The position numbers and the translations under genes are program-made. Positions 11,401 through 20,151 of a stretch of 41,482 bases of DNA are shown one piece after another. Source of the DNA: a virus (lineage: Duplodnaviria; Caudoviricetes); IMG/VR virus record IMGVR_UViG_3300030095_001216, positions 1 through 41,482 of that record, one strand, 5' to 3'. The number at the start of each line of letters is the position of its first letter. Positions within the stretch are counted from its first letter, which is position 1. Below the pieces are notes generated by a model, which did no database searches, had not been told where the DNA came from, and saw only the letters and a list, made by a program, of their open reading frames with translations.

Positions 11401-14400
11401 AATTAGAAAGATTAGGGTTAACAGGTGTAGACTTAAAAGTATTAGAAGATTATTTTGTAAATAAAAAATCTACAAATGGAGCTTACCTAGTGCATTTAAA
11501 TGTTTTAGATATAGCAGATAGAATGAAAGGGATTGCCATGAAGTTAGCTGGCGGCATGAACTTTGATAAGGCTTTGCTAACTACACCACATAGTATACCA
11601 CAGAATAAAATAATAGTATCTGCTGCAGCAGAAAATCCAATAGCTTTTGAATTAAAACAAGACCCTAGAATGTATACTTTACATCACGAAGTAATGCATT
11701 TACTATTTAACAATGGATTTTTTACAGCAAATGAAGTTAAAGTATTAAAGAATGCAGCTCAAAATTACTGGTTAAAACAATATGACATAGCAGGGTACAA
11801 AACGTACGCTAAAGAATCTAAGGAAATACAAATAGAAGAAGCTATATCAGAGGCGTTTGCCGCATACATGGCTAATAAATATCAACCTCGTGGCGTAATA
11901 GCTTCTTTATTCTATAGATTAAAAGCATTCTTAAATGGATTAAGTAATGCGTTATTTAGCACAGGGTACACTTCCCCTGAATCTATATTCAATGCAATAG
12001 ATTTAGGGAAAATACAAAATAGAAAGTTTAATAGAGAAAGCACAGATCTTGTGGATGTTGCCTACAAAAATTCCGCTTACTTATCAGACACATCTCAAAG
12101 TAATTTTGATAAATTCTTTAGTGGGTCAAAGGTTAAAGGGGGCACGGATGAGGGAACTCTAGGTGTAGGTCCTTCTATTACAAACGTTTACTTAAACACT
12201 TTGTACAATAGTCCGTTTTATACAAACACAAGAACAAGAATATTAAACAGGTTAAACGAAAGAGCCGCTACTTTAGAAAGTTTAGATTTAGTGCCTTTAG
12301 TAGATAGACTGTTTTCATACTACAATTTATTAACTGGTAGTGAAAATGGAACAGGTATCCCTACGACTAGCAACCTTGTAGAGATGAATAAACTTGTAGC
12401 AGAGATGCGTGAGCTAGCTCAAAAAGCAGACATAACAAACATGACACCTGATAAATTTGTTGGCACTACTACAGAATTAAATTTTATAGAAAGATTAGAA
12501 ACTGCTTCTATTACTCCATTGCAAAAAATTACACTAAGATCAATAGCAGCTATAGTTAATATGAACAATCCAGGTCTCTTACCTCAAAACGATACAGAAC
12601 TTAAAACTGCTAGAGATACACTAGTGAATGAATTAAATTATATATTTGCAAATAAATTAGCTAACACACATCTTACACAAGCCAACAGCCCTCTAATAGT
12701 TTTTCACGGAACAGACAGAGACTTTGAAGAGTTTTCAAAGTATAGAGATTTCTTTTTTCATTTTGGTTCGCAAACAGCTGCAATAGCTAGAGCAGATTAC
12801 ATTACCAAGAATTACAATTCATTTCGTAGGTCTGATAACGATAGTAAGATTATGCCCTTCTTTTTAAATTTAAAAAATCCTTTATTGATGAGGGATTTAG
12901 GTAGTTGGGATGCTAGATCTATATTAAGATCTTTAACTAATGATAAAGATCCTAAAGGAGCTAGACTATTTAGAGATAAAGGTACAGGTTTAACATTTCA
13001 TACTATTAAAAATGACATGGGTAAAGCGGGTAGCGTTATTTACGGTGACACAATTGATGTATTAAATCAATTAATATTTACACCAGAAGAAGCTAAAAAT
13101 ATAGAAGCACAAATGGATGTGGTATATAACAGATTAATGGATCAAAGGGCTAAGACCGAAGCAGAAAGCACAAGATTGGAAGATCCTTACGAATCATATC
13201 TTAAAACAGAAAAATTAAAAAATGATGTTGGTGCTAGAATAAATACAGAGTCAGATAAAATAATTGTAAAAGCAATTAAAGATAAAGGATATGATGGTAT
13301 TGCTTATTTAAATTCCACAGAGATGGGTAGTTTAGATATAGCTCCACAATATTCATACATAGCCTTTGATGCTACACAAATAAAACATGCAACAGAAAAC
13401 TCTGGTGACTACGATGTAAGTTCTCCTAAATTTAGACGCTCAGATAAATATGAACAAGACCCTTCAGAGATAGATCAAGATCAACCTCCTACATATACCA
13501 GACAAAAATTTAGACAACAAGAAAAATCTATGGATAAACTTATTAAAGATGATGATAAGTTATTAGACCAAAATGATAGAGCTGATGAAGAAACTAAAAC
13601 AAAAAGATTTGGAAACTTTAATAGGATTATGTCACATGCTAGAATATGGGCGCAACAGTTTCCAATATTTACTCCGCTATTTAATATAGTAAGAAGCAAG
13701 CAAGAATTTGTTAACACTTTAAATACCCGAGCAGTAGATAAATTGACAGAAAACTTTATACCTTTAATGCGTGACCCCGAAGCTTCTAAATTGCTTATGA
13801 AAGCTATGGAAATATCACAGCAAGTTCCTGGAAGATACAGACCAAACGAATTAGGCGACATAATTTTTGTTGCTAGAGAAAATGGAAGAGGCGCAGGAAG
13901 CACAGTTAAAGCAGGAGAAACAATTACTCTTACAGGGCAAGCAGCGGCTGCTTATTTAGATGTGCAAGAACAGATACAGTTACAACATAAAGAAATTATT
14001 AGAGGAATGTTAGCTAATGAGAATGTAAGCAATATTATAAAAGAAGCAATAGCTATACTAAGAAATAATAGAAAAGACTTACTTGATAACCCTATTTTAA
14101 ATTTAACAAGTGATCAACTGGAAAGTTTAGAATACAATGATTTGCGTTTTATAGTTAATGAATTACAAAATACTTCTACTTACTTACAACCCAGTGGATT
14201 ATATAGCAGAGATTTATTTAATAAAGTATCATCTATAATAAGTAAAACAAAAGTTAAAAGAGATGCTGTAGGAAATCCTGTAAGTGCAGACAAAACATCT
14301 GCAGGATTGTCAGGTATTTTACAAGAGCTAGGTCAATACAATAGGTTTAAACAAAACGATTATATTCCATTACAGAGGTACGGTAACTTTTTTATAGCAG

Positions 14401-16649
14401 TAAAAAATGAAAGTGGTAATCTTTTAGAATATAGAATGTTTAACAAAGGTAAGTTCGGCACTAAGTTTCTAGACGAAGAAAGAGATGTTAGACAACAACT
14501 CAGAGAAAAATATCCAGACATTAATATAGATGCTATACAGACAGAAGCTGTTACAATTAATAATCTTAGAAGATCTGTTAATGCAGACTTGCAAACTTTA
14601 GATTCTATATCTCAATTCTTATCAGATATTAATGCTAATCACTATGTGGAATTACGTAAGGAATTAAATACCTTAGTTAACAAAAAGTTTGGAGCAGATA
14701 TAAGAGGTTATAGTATATTTCTAAAACCTAGAAAAGAACAGGCGGGTGTAGCAGGATTTAGTACAGATTTTGGCAGAGCTATTAGCCAATACATCTCTAC
14801 ATCTTCTGAATTTGCTGGTCAAAATAGGTATAAGAGTACGCAGATTAGATTAAAAAATAATATAGAAAATCAATCTAAAAATGAAACATTAAAAAGAGCA
14901 GTAGATTCTTGGTATGGATACACAGATGATCCTAAACAAGAGTGGGCTAAACTAAGACGTGCGGGTTTCTGGTGGTTCTTAGGTGGTAACATATCTTCTG
15001 CTTTATTACAGACAGTAACTATACTACAATTTTCTGGTCCATTTCTGTCTGAATTTTCTAATACACCTAGAGTTTTAAAAGAACTTACAAGAGCAACTAA
15101 TGATGTAAGAAAAATGATGATATTTAAAAATAGAAAATTTCAAGACGTGTTTATGAACTTTGATGATGCTCCTACAGATATACAAGGAATGAAAGAAGAT
15201 TATATAAAAGATGTACAGAGTGGTTTAATAAAACAAGGGGCAGCTTTAAAAGAAGCCGCCATGCCAACAGACACAGCTAGCTATAGGTCTAGAAGTCGCG
15301 CAAGGAATGCGTTACGAATATTAGAAAATACCATTATGGGTGGTCTGTTTAATACATTCGAAACCATGTCACGTTCTTCTGTTTACTTTGCTACATATAG
15401 ACTTGCACAAGATATTAAATTTAGAGAAAAGATAGCAGACTTTTTAAGTAATGATGAAAATTTCCAACTTAATGTTAGACTAAATAAAGGAGAAGTAACT
15501 CCCAGAATTATTGCGCAACATTTGATTGATGAAACATTTGGATTGTATGGTAAAATAAACAGACCTACTTGGGCTAAAGGTTTAGGCTCTGTAGTATTTT
15601 TATTTAACACTTACATATCGCAGATGTTTAGTCTAATGGGCAGAATGCTAACCCACAGAGGAGGGCAGAGAAAGTTAGTAGGTCAAAGAATACTTGCTAA
15701 ACAATTAGCTATGATCATGGCAACAGGAGGTATATTTGCTTTACCTTTTGCAGACGATGCGACATGGTTAGCTGAATTTATATACAATATATTTACAGGC
15801 ATGCGTACTAATGTCAGACAAGAATACAGAAGATTTATGGACGAGCATGGTTTTGATGCGGGGCTAATCGAAGGTTTTGAAAATGGTTTAGTAAACAAAT
15901 TGTTTGACGCGGACTTATCTAGAAGAGTTAGATTTAATGTTCCAGGTGGCACACAATTAAAAGCAATTTTAGATATTGGAGGATTAGCATCTGGAGGCAG
16001 AGTAGAAGAACTAGGTGGTGCTGTTGGTACTATGATATTTGGAAATGCCCGAGGCATAGTAAATGATATAGCAGAGGAAGGTGAATTAAATTCAGAGTTG
16101 TTTAATAAAATATTTAAAAGAACTACTCCCACTTTTATAAAAAACTTTTCAGCTTCTTTAGATTATTTAAATGGTGGTCCTATCCTATCATCCAAAGGAA
16201 CTTTATTAATAGATGATCCTACTTTATACCAAGCTTTTATGAAGAGTATAGGTTTTAATCCTACGGAGATTAGTAAAAAACAAGACCTTTTATATTTAGA
16301 AAAAGTAAATGGCGGAGTTACTTCGGGAGCTAGGAAAAGATTTAATAATAGAATAACTAATTCTTTTAGAAGATATTTAGTAGCTATTAGAGAAGGTGAT
16401 ACAGAAGAACAAATTGAGCAACAAGAAAAGTTAGCAGAAATAATGGGGGATTTGGTTAAGTTTAATTACAATTTATCACAGACAAAACCTGGTCTAGTAT
16501 ATACTCCAGATACATGGACTCTATTTAAAGAAGCTGTAAAAGATATTAGTACTGAGTACAGGATTAGCCAAGGTTCTGCCTATGAAATATATTCTAACTT
16601 ATTTGATTACCAAGCAGCGGGTTACCCATTATTTTCAAAGCCTAATTAA
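8478..16649 (+). CDS. Giant polyvalent/internal virion protein (zincin metallopeptidase, ADP-ribosyltransferase-like and PLxRxG/LPD39-like regions)
   Basis: 2723-aa ORF; Gly-rich hydrophobic stretch near aa 195-230; HHEVMH..EEAISE; PLIVFHGT..FHFGS..FLNLKNP..GYDGI..YIAFDATQIK; YIPLQRYGNFFIAV. Confidence 0.75.
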   Translation: MVDINELRSIVDQYKTADELGPTSSFESSQAPEDQFTYHQISEDPSAPIIRIPKSFTQEQRESYLQSPKLSAELFSKGFLYQPGVDKNVRAPAIKVEAPTMDDRGDFMRNVESAMSIYPTIVQSAKNIFGDIFNNEEMMENSQRAINLYQQQTAAKRFFTTEEGEVKPYGQTLEEIFQDEDKLSAFIDWGQGALGNAVVSWLPMIVLGGVAGLAGGVPLAIGSLGFAGFSYGIGEIRPAQLENMDDPNTANTLLGATVYGTAEAVLGGPGRILRKVLTKKYGKETADSILKRFGKGAAEAAPAEGLTEVIQETVTQAVPEWDKANTVGEAIDLTKQKLSDPEVQKQIREAGYQGTFAGGVLGGGTNVVLGNRNRDAYEAHKKNFKAQIDLGEISNKDPDIQDFQGKTVTVKDISIMRDADDNIIKDKTDRAVEPTYTVVGTKTIDGEKHAVLLSTRGGVKNPVHIVPMKDVPNVLNEYAEPVEVAKSEEIKVEEDAPQVGDVYLDRRGDPVVVKSVSEENGVLYDEATLVNPVTGEPQFKQGMSQYNDFIKTFKKQDPKKVKSKKVTFGSPEQIANLEKEIKNINNLIAKEKDPAAKLILQENRLELRRELQRLKQTQYTTETTIDETNKTAEEVQEYVKHNTNTVKAAKKRLTERGFKDVKKLTDDDAVVLAEDNLNEISGKEREELTKLGYFNGQNGEAKIQSLEEDIKLTDTKDKTRGRAEIERIIKDKISFEPMKVTQNVQVGETRVPPLTKEQLKQQGYSVKDFDYKATDFERDIRAIDLELRQAQTPEQINAINERKRYLRSLYRIATQPIDLRYQELIRAIQNRPLNYINKQLLDGSFFNTQQLPSLLRGLEQQIEITQNRTNISPEDKSQALSYFNEQLESLKQFKSDMDTLQLSLGVDEVIPLDEYLTLSRSTKGISKIVKDIKGTIQKKYEKETTAFWSAKNNNPRLQVEFIEDLPAIEQKLKTELERLGLTGVDLKVLEDYFVNKKSTNGAYLVHLNVLDIADRMKGIAMKLAGGMNFDKALLTTPHSIPQNKIIVSAAAENPIAFELKQDPRMYTLHHEVMHLLFNNGFFTANEVKVLKNAAQNYWLKQYDIAGYKTYAKESKEIQIEEAISEAFAAYMANKYQPRGVIASLFYRLKAFLNGLSNALFSTGYTSPESIFNAIDLGKIQNRKFNRESTDLVDVAYKNSAYLSDTSQSNFDKFFSGSKVKGGTDEGTLGVGPSITNVYLNTLYNSPFYTNTRTRILNRLNERAATLESLDLVPLVDRLFSYYNLLTGSENGTGIPTTSNLVEMNKLVAEMRELAQKADITNMTPDKFVGTTTELNFIERLETASITPLQKITLRSIAAIVNMNNPGLLPQNDTELKTARDTLVNELNYIFANKLANTHLTQANSPLIVFHGTDRDFEEFSKYRDFFFHFGSQTAAIARADYITKNYNSFRRSDNDSKIMPFFLNLKNPLLMRDLGSWDARSILRSLTNDKDPKGARLFRDKGTGLTFHTIKNDMGKAGSVIYGDTIDVLNQLIFTPEEAKNIEAQMDVVYNRLMDQRAKTEAESTRLEDPYESYLKTEKLKNDVGARINTESDKIIVKAIKDKGYDGIAYLNSTEMGSLDIAPQYSYIAFDATQIKHATENSGDYDVSSPKFRRSDKYEQDPSEIDQDQPPTYTRQKFRQQEKSMDKLIKDDDKLLDQNDRADEETKTKRFGNFNRIMSHARIWAQQFPIFTPLFNIVRSKQEFVNTLNTRAVDKLTENFIPLMRDPEASKLLMKAMEISQQVPGRYRPNELGDIIFVARENGRGAGSTVKAGETITLTGQAAAAYLDVQEQIQLQHKEIIRGMLANENVSNIIKEAIAILRNNRKDLLDNPILNLTSDQLESLEYNDLRFIVNELQNTSTYLQPSGLYSRDLFNKVSSIISKTKVKRDAVGNPVSADKTSAGLSGILQELGQYNRFKQNDYIPLQRYGNFFIAVKNESGNLLEYRMFNKGKFGTKFLDEERDVRQQLREKYPDINIDAIQTEAVTINNLRRSVNADLQTLDSISQFLSDINANHYVELRKELNTLVNKKFGADIRGYSIFLKPRKEQAGVAGFSTDFGRAISQYISTSSEFAGQNRYKSTQIRLKNNIENQSKNETLKRAVDSWYGYTDDPKQEWAKLRRAGFWWFLGGNISSALLQTVTILQFSGPFLSEFSNTPRVLKELTRATNDVRKMMIFKNRKFQDVFMNFDDAPTDIQGMKEDYIKDVQSGLIKQGAALKEAAMPTDTASYRSRSRARNALRILENTIMGGLFNTFETMSRSSVYFATYRLAQDIKFREKIADFLSNDENFQLNVRLNKGEVTPRIIAQHLIDETFGLYGKINRPTWAKGLGSVVFLFNTYISQMFSLMGRMLTHRGGQRKLVGQRILAKQLAMIMATGGIFALPFADDATWLAEFIYNIFTGMRTNVRQEYRRFMDEHGFDAGLIEGFENGLVNKLFDADLSRRVRFNVPGGTQLKAILDIGGLASGGRVEELGGAVGTMIFGNARGIVNDIAEEGELNSELFNKIFKRTTPTFIKNFSASLDYLNGGPILSSKGTLLIDDPTLYQAFMKSIGFNPTEISKKQDLLYLEKVNGGVTSGARKRFNNRITNSFRRYLVAIREGDTEEQIEQQEKLAEIMGDLVKFNYNLSQTKPGLVYTPDTWTLFKEAVKDISTEYRISQGSAYEIYSNLFDYQAAGYPLFSKPN

Positions 16650-17884
16650 CACATCCAAGAAACCCAGTCTTTAGATTTCGCGCCAGTCGGTTCATCCACT
16701 ACTACAGGTACTTGAAAAGTGACACCATATTCTGGGTGAGTAAACCATAAAGCTTGCTGAGGTCTCTCAGATGTGAACCTGTTTGAGTAAGCATACTCAT
16801 CATAACCTTTTGTAGAGCCATTAACTATACAACCTTTGAGGGATATGTACTGGTGATAGTGACCTAAGATTACGTAATCAATAGTTTTGTTTTGATTATT
16901 ATATTCTTGCTTAATCTTCTGAACGCCACGAGCAATAGGACCTAACATACCTACAATCCCCGTGCCCCCTGCCACACCTAAACGATCGCCATGTGTCAGT
17001 AAATAGCTAACACCATACACTTTGTATACTGTATCAAAACCAGTAGGTATTTGGAACTGTATTCTCTTGTCATTTTTAAAGTGCCTAGCTAGCAGATTGT
17101 ATAACATCCAATCGTAGTTAGTTTTTGCGGCTTGCTTATGCCTATATTGTTTGTATGTTCTAGAGTGATTACCGAACGTACAAGGAACAAAGACTCTACC
17201 AAATACTTTAGCAAATTTCTCTAGTGCCCATGTCATATTGTCTAGCAAATCTAGTACATGTTCTATATTAGTACCGTCATTATTTTCTGCTAGCTCATCA
17301 TGGATATCACCAGATATCATGTCGCCACCAAGAGCACATATAATACCAGGATACTTAGGATTTACCATATGATTAGTACATAAGTCTATAGTAGTATTGA
17401 TTACATTTTTAAATCTTCTCAGTGCTATCTCTCTATCATACTCATTTATACCATTGACAGCTTGTTTATCTACAACTTCTCCCCAATGGAAATCAGATAA
17501 GAATATAGTAGGCACACCTGGTGCGCCTTTCGCTGGTGTATTTTTAGATATCCACTTAGGTGGTTTAATAGTATGGTTCTCTGCTTTGATGAGACTGTTC
17601 TTTAATTTTTGATGTGATAAATTTTCTTTGGCTAGTACATCTACTTGCCTTTTCATATCGCGCATCTCTGCGTCATGTGAATACTGTTGTTCTATTAAAG
17701 CCGCTTCAGCATCGGGGGGCACCATAGTAGGTTTAATCCCCTGCAGTTGGGCTTGTTCTATTCTCTCAAGTAAAGTAGTGCGCGGTATTCCTAGATCTCT
17801 AGAGGCTGCCGCTTTGTTGCCTTTGTTTCTAATTACTGCATTCAATGCATCAATTAGTATGCTTTTAGCTGTTGGTTTTGCCAT
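16646..17884 (-). CDS. Calcineurin-like metallophosphoesterase with N-terminal Fis-type HTH
   Basis: Start revised to MAKPT (AGGAG RBS); GNKAAASRDLGIPRTTL HTH; DFHWGE, GDMISGDIH, GNH, HGD and GHYH metal motifs. Confidence 0.8.
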   Translation of the reverse strand: MAKPTAKSILIDALNAVIRNKGNKAAASRDLGIPRTTLLERIEQAQLQGIKPTMVPPDAEAALIEQQYSHDAEMRDMKRQVDVLAKENLSHQKLKNSLIKAENHTIKPPKWISKNTPAKGAPGVPTIFLSDFHWGEVVDKQAVNGINEYDREIALRRFKNVINTTIDLCTNHMVNPKYPGIICALGGDMISGDIHDELAENNDGTNIEHVLDLLDNMTWALEKFAKVFGRVFVPCTFGNHSRTYKQYRHKQAAKTNYDWMLYNLLARHFKNDKRIQFQIPTGFDTVYKVYGVSYLLTHGDRLGVAGGTGIVGMLGPIARGVQKIKQEYNNQNKTIDYVILGHYHQYISLKGCIVNGSTKGYDEYAYSNRFTSERPQQALWFTHPEYGVTFQVPVVVDEPTGAKSKDWVSWMC

Positions 17885-17906
17885 GTTTTTCTCCTGTAGT
17901 GCGTGA

Positions 17907-17935
17907 ATAATATCACTTTTTTTACCTATTGTCAA
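17907..17935 (-). promoter_or_regulatory. Sigma70 promoter for the phosphoesterase
   Basis: TTGACA-17 nt-TATTAT on the minus strand. Confidence 0.7.
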
Positions 17936-17957
17936 GCAAATTGTGTTATGATATAAT
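17929..17957 (+). promoter_or_regulatory. Sigma70 promoter for the small-protein/lysis operon
   Basis: TTGTCA-17 nt-TATAAT with TG at the extended -10 position. Confidence 0.7.
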
Positions 17958-17963
17958 AATCAA

Positions 17964-18068
17964 ATGATACAAACAGATGCAATAGTAATGACAGCTCCTG
18001 TTGTTAAGATCGGTGGAGACGCTATCAAAGTAGAAGAATCTTCAGACGATTCGGATTCCAAAGAGTAG
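17964..18068 (+). CDS. 34-aa acidic-tailed peptide (not in ORF track)
   Basis: MIQTDAIVMTAPVVKIGGDAIKVEESSDDSDSKE; ATG at the expected +1 of the promoter. Confidence 0.5.
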   Translation: MIQTDAIVMTAPVVKIGGDAIKVEESSDDSDSKE

Positions 18069-18078
18069 GACAACACCC

Positions 18079-18294
18079 ATGAACAGAGCTGCTATGGAGC
18101 AACAATTAAAAAATGCTCCTGCTTCTCGAAAGAGAAAGCCTAAAAAACCTAACGTAGATAAGAGAGTTAAAAAGTTAATGTCTAAGTCGGCTAAGAAAAA
18201 AAGTTTTATGTCTAACTTAAATAAACCATCTCCTACTTTAAGTAGAATAACAAAAGATTTAAAGATGAAAAAAAATAAATTACAGAGACCATGA
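18079..18294 (+). CDS. Small basic protein
   Basis: AGGA RBS; K/R-rich. Confidence 0.6.
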   Translation: MNRAAMEQQLKNAPASRKRKPKKPNVDKRVKKLMSKSAKKKSFMSNLNKPSPTLSRITKDLKMKKNKLQRP

Positions 18295-18467
18295 AGAAAA
18301 AATCTACAGTTAATAAGGCAGGCAACTATACCAAACCTGGCATGAGAAAAACTATCTTTAACAGAATTAAAGCTGGAGGAAAAGGTGGAGCTCCAGGGCA
18401 GTGGTCAGCGCGCAAAGCGCAGATGCTAGCTAAACAGTACAAAGCAAAAGGTGGAGGTTATAAATGA
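18291..18467 (+). CDS. Small basic protein, N-terminal half of a DUF5872-like family (not in ORF track)
   Basis: ATGA overlap; NYTKP.MR..GGKGGAPGQWSARKAQMLAKQYK.KGGGY. Confidence 0.75.
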   Translation: MKKKSTVNKAGNYTKPGMRKTIFNRIKAGGKGGAPGQWSARKAQMLAKQYKAKGGGYK

Positions 18468-18559
18468 TGAATATTATTAGAAAGTTTATTTGCAAATTGT
18501 TTCGCATAAAACAATGTGAGTGCAATACGCCGAAGAAAAAAAAGAAAGGGAAGAAGTAA
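18464..18559 (+). CDS. 31-aa Cys/Lys-rich peptide (not in ORF track)
   Basis: GGAGG RBS; MMNIIRKFICKLFRIKQCECNTPKKKKKGKK; coupled at both ends. Confidence 0.55.
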   Translation: MMNIIRKFICKLFRIKQCECNTPKKKKKGKK

Positions 18560-18732
18560 TGCCAAAAGGACCTGGAACATACGGAAGTAAAAAAGGTAGA
18601 CCATCCAAGAAAGCCAAGAATCAGAAGCCAATGAAAGAAGTAAAGAATGGTAATGGTACTAAAGGTAAATTGACTGGTGCACAAAAGACACTACCTGCAT
18701 TCTTGCAAAAGAAAATAGCTAAGAAAAAATAA
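18559..18732 (+). CDS. Small basic protein
   Basis: Start revised to ATG 18559 (TAATG); MPKGPGTYGSKKGRP..Q.TLP.FLQKKI. Confidence 0.65.
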   Translation: MPKGPGTYGSKKGRPSKKAKNQKPMKEVKNGNGTKGKLTGAQKTLPAFLQKKIAKKK

Positions 18733-18734
18733 CA

Positions 18735-18995
18735 ATGGCTTTAGCCAAATCGCAGAAGAGTTTAAAGTCTTGGACTAAACAGAAATGGAGAACCAAATCT
18801 GGAAAGCCTTCTACTCAAGGACCTAAAGCTACGGGTGAGAGGTACTTGCCTTCAGCTGCTATTAAGAATTTATCAGCAGGTGAATACGCCGCAACAACTG
18901 CGGCTAAAAGAAAGGCAAGAGCACAAGGTAAACAGCATGCTGCTCAACCTAAGAATATAAAAAAGAAAACTAAAAAATATAGGAAGGTATCATAA
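18735..18995 (+). CDS. Small basic protein, C-terminal half of a DUF5872-like family
   Basis: SQKSLKSWTKQKWRT..GERYLP..EYAATT..KR..GKQ. Confidence 0.75.
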   Translation: MALAKSQKSLKSWTKQKWRTKSGKPSTQGPKATGERYLPSAAIKNLSAGEYAATTAAKRKARAQGKQHAAQPKNIKKKTKKYRKVS

Positions 18996-19402
18996 TGCTT
19001 AACTTGTTAATAGGTCCATTGACATCTCTACTAGGGGATACAGTCAAAGGATTTGTAGCTACTAAAAAGGCTAAAGCAGATCTAGCTTTAACGGAAATCA
19101 AAGCACAGAAGTCTTTGAAAGAACAGCAGATCGCGGGTAAAATTTCGTGGGAGGCTAGTGCAGTTGACCAAATGAAAGGGTCGTGGAAAGACGAGGTAAT
19201 TTTATTATGCCTGCTAATTCCTGCGGTACTAGTATTTATTCCTGGATGGACACCACATATCAAGGCAGGATTTGAAGCACTACATAGTTTACCAGATTAT
19301 TATAAACATCTATTATACATTGCTTGCTCTGCAAGTTTTGGTATCAAAGGTGCTAAAGGTGCTATGGGATTACTATCTAAAAATGGCTCCAAGAATACCT
19401 AG
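18995..19402 (+). CDS. Holin-like membrane protein (3TM/GTA-holin type)
   Basis: Amphipathic N-terminus, SWKDE motif and two hydrophobic segments; lies upstream of the lysozyme. Confidence 0.65.
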   Translation: MLNLLIGPLTSLLGDTVKGFVATKKAKADLALTEIKAQKSLKEQQIAGKISWEASAVDQMKGSWKDEVILLCLLIPAVLVFIPGWTPHIKAGFEALHSLPDYYKHLLYIACSASFGIKGAKGAMGLLSKNGSKNT

Positions 19403-19676
19403 GAAGAAAGGACAACCAGCTGGATCTAAAAAACATTCAGACTTATATACAGATGAAAACCCGAAAGGAACAATCAAAGGACTTGGATTCAGAGATGAGT
19501 CATCGGCTCGCAGTAGCGTGGCTAAGATTCGTAGATCTGGTAGAAGCCATGCCCACAAAACTCAAGCGGCTATTGCAATGGAGCAACGAGCGCGTGTTGC
19601 TGGCAAGAATAAGCCTGCCGCTATTTATAGAAAATTTATTGAAGCCCAGAAAAAAATCACAAAAAGACGAGCATGA
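19383..19676 (+). CDS. Conserved small basic phage protein
   Basis: Start revised to MAPRIPRKKGQ..SKKHSDLYTDENPKGTI.GLGF. Confidence 0.65.
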   Translation: MAPRIPRKKGQPAGSKKHSDLYTDENPKGTIKGLGFRDESSARSSVAKIRRSGRSHAHKTQAAIAMEQRARVAGKNKPAAIYRKFIEAQKKITKRRA

Positions 19677-19703
19677 GGAACACTGGGGTATAGGAGGAAA
19701 ATA

Positions 19704-20150
19704 ATGTTTGAAGAACTTAAGGAGAGAATTAAAGAACACGAGGGATATAGGGGTATCGTATACAAGGACAGCCTAGGATTCGCTACCATAGGATACGGTC
19801 ACCTTGTCACTAAGGAGGATAACTATGAAGAAGGTATTGAATATAGTCAAGAACAATTGGAAGCCGTGTTTGAAAGTGATTTTCAAAACGCCTGTGATTG
19901 TGCTGACATGGTCGCTCAGAATAGTAATATCAATTTTGACGAGCATCCGCAACCAGTTAAAGAAGTTCTTATAGAAATGGTATTTCAGCTAGGTGTTGGA
20001 GGTGTAAGTAAGTTTAAAAAATTCTTAGCAAACTTATCTACTAAGACCTATCACCTAGCCGCAGATGAAATGCTCGACTCGCGTTGGGCAAAACAAACTC
20101 CTATGCGTGCAGAAAAACTATCTTATATTATAAGGGAACTCGCTCACTAG
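19704..20150 (+). CDS. Endolysin, GH24/T4-like lysozyme
   Basis: AGGAGG RBS; HEG.R..VYKDSLG..TIGYGH catalytic E/D/T pattern; MVFQLG, EMLDSRWAKQTP.RA. Confidence 0.9.
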   Translation: MFEELKERIKEHEGYRGIVYKDSLGFATIGYGHLVTKEDNYEEGIEYSQEQLEAVFESDFQNACDCADMVAQNSNINFDEHPQPVKEVLIEMVFQLGVGGVSKFKKFLANLSTKTYHLAADEMLDSRWAKQTPMRAEKLSYIIRELAH

Positions 20151-20151
20151 A

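Noticed and set aside
1157-16132. Minus-strand ORFs inside the structural genes (e.g. 1157, 2289, 4641, 6549, 9635, 13481, 15683)
   Set aside because: Antisense shadows of long, well-supported + strand genes; no motifs or RBSs.
18520-19704. ORF-track starts at 18520 and 19272, and the ORF 19453..19704
   Set aside because: Better coupled starts exist at 18559 and 19383; 19453..19704 is an alternate frame over a conserved gene.
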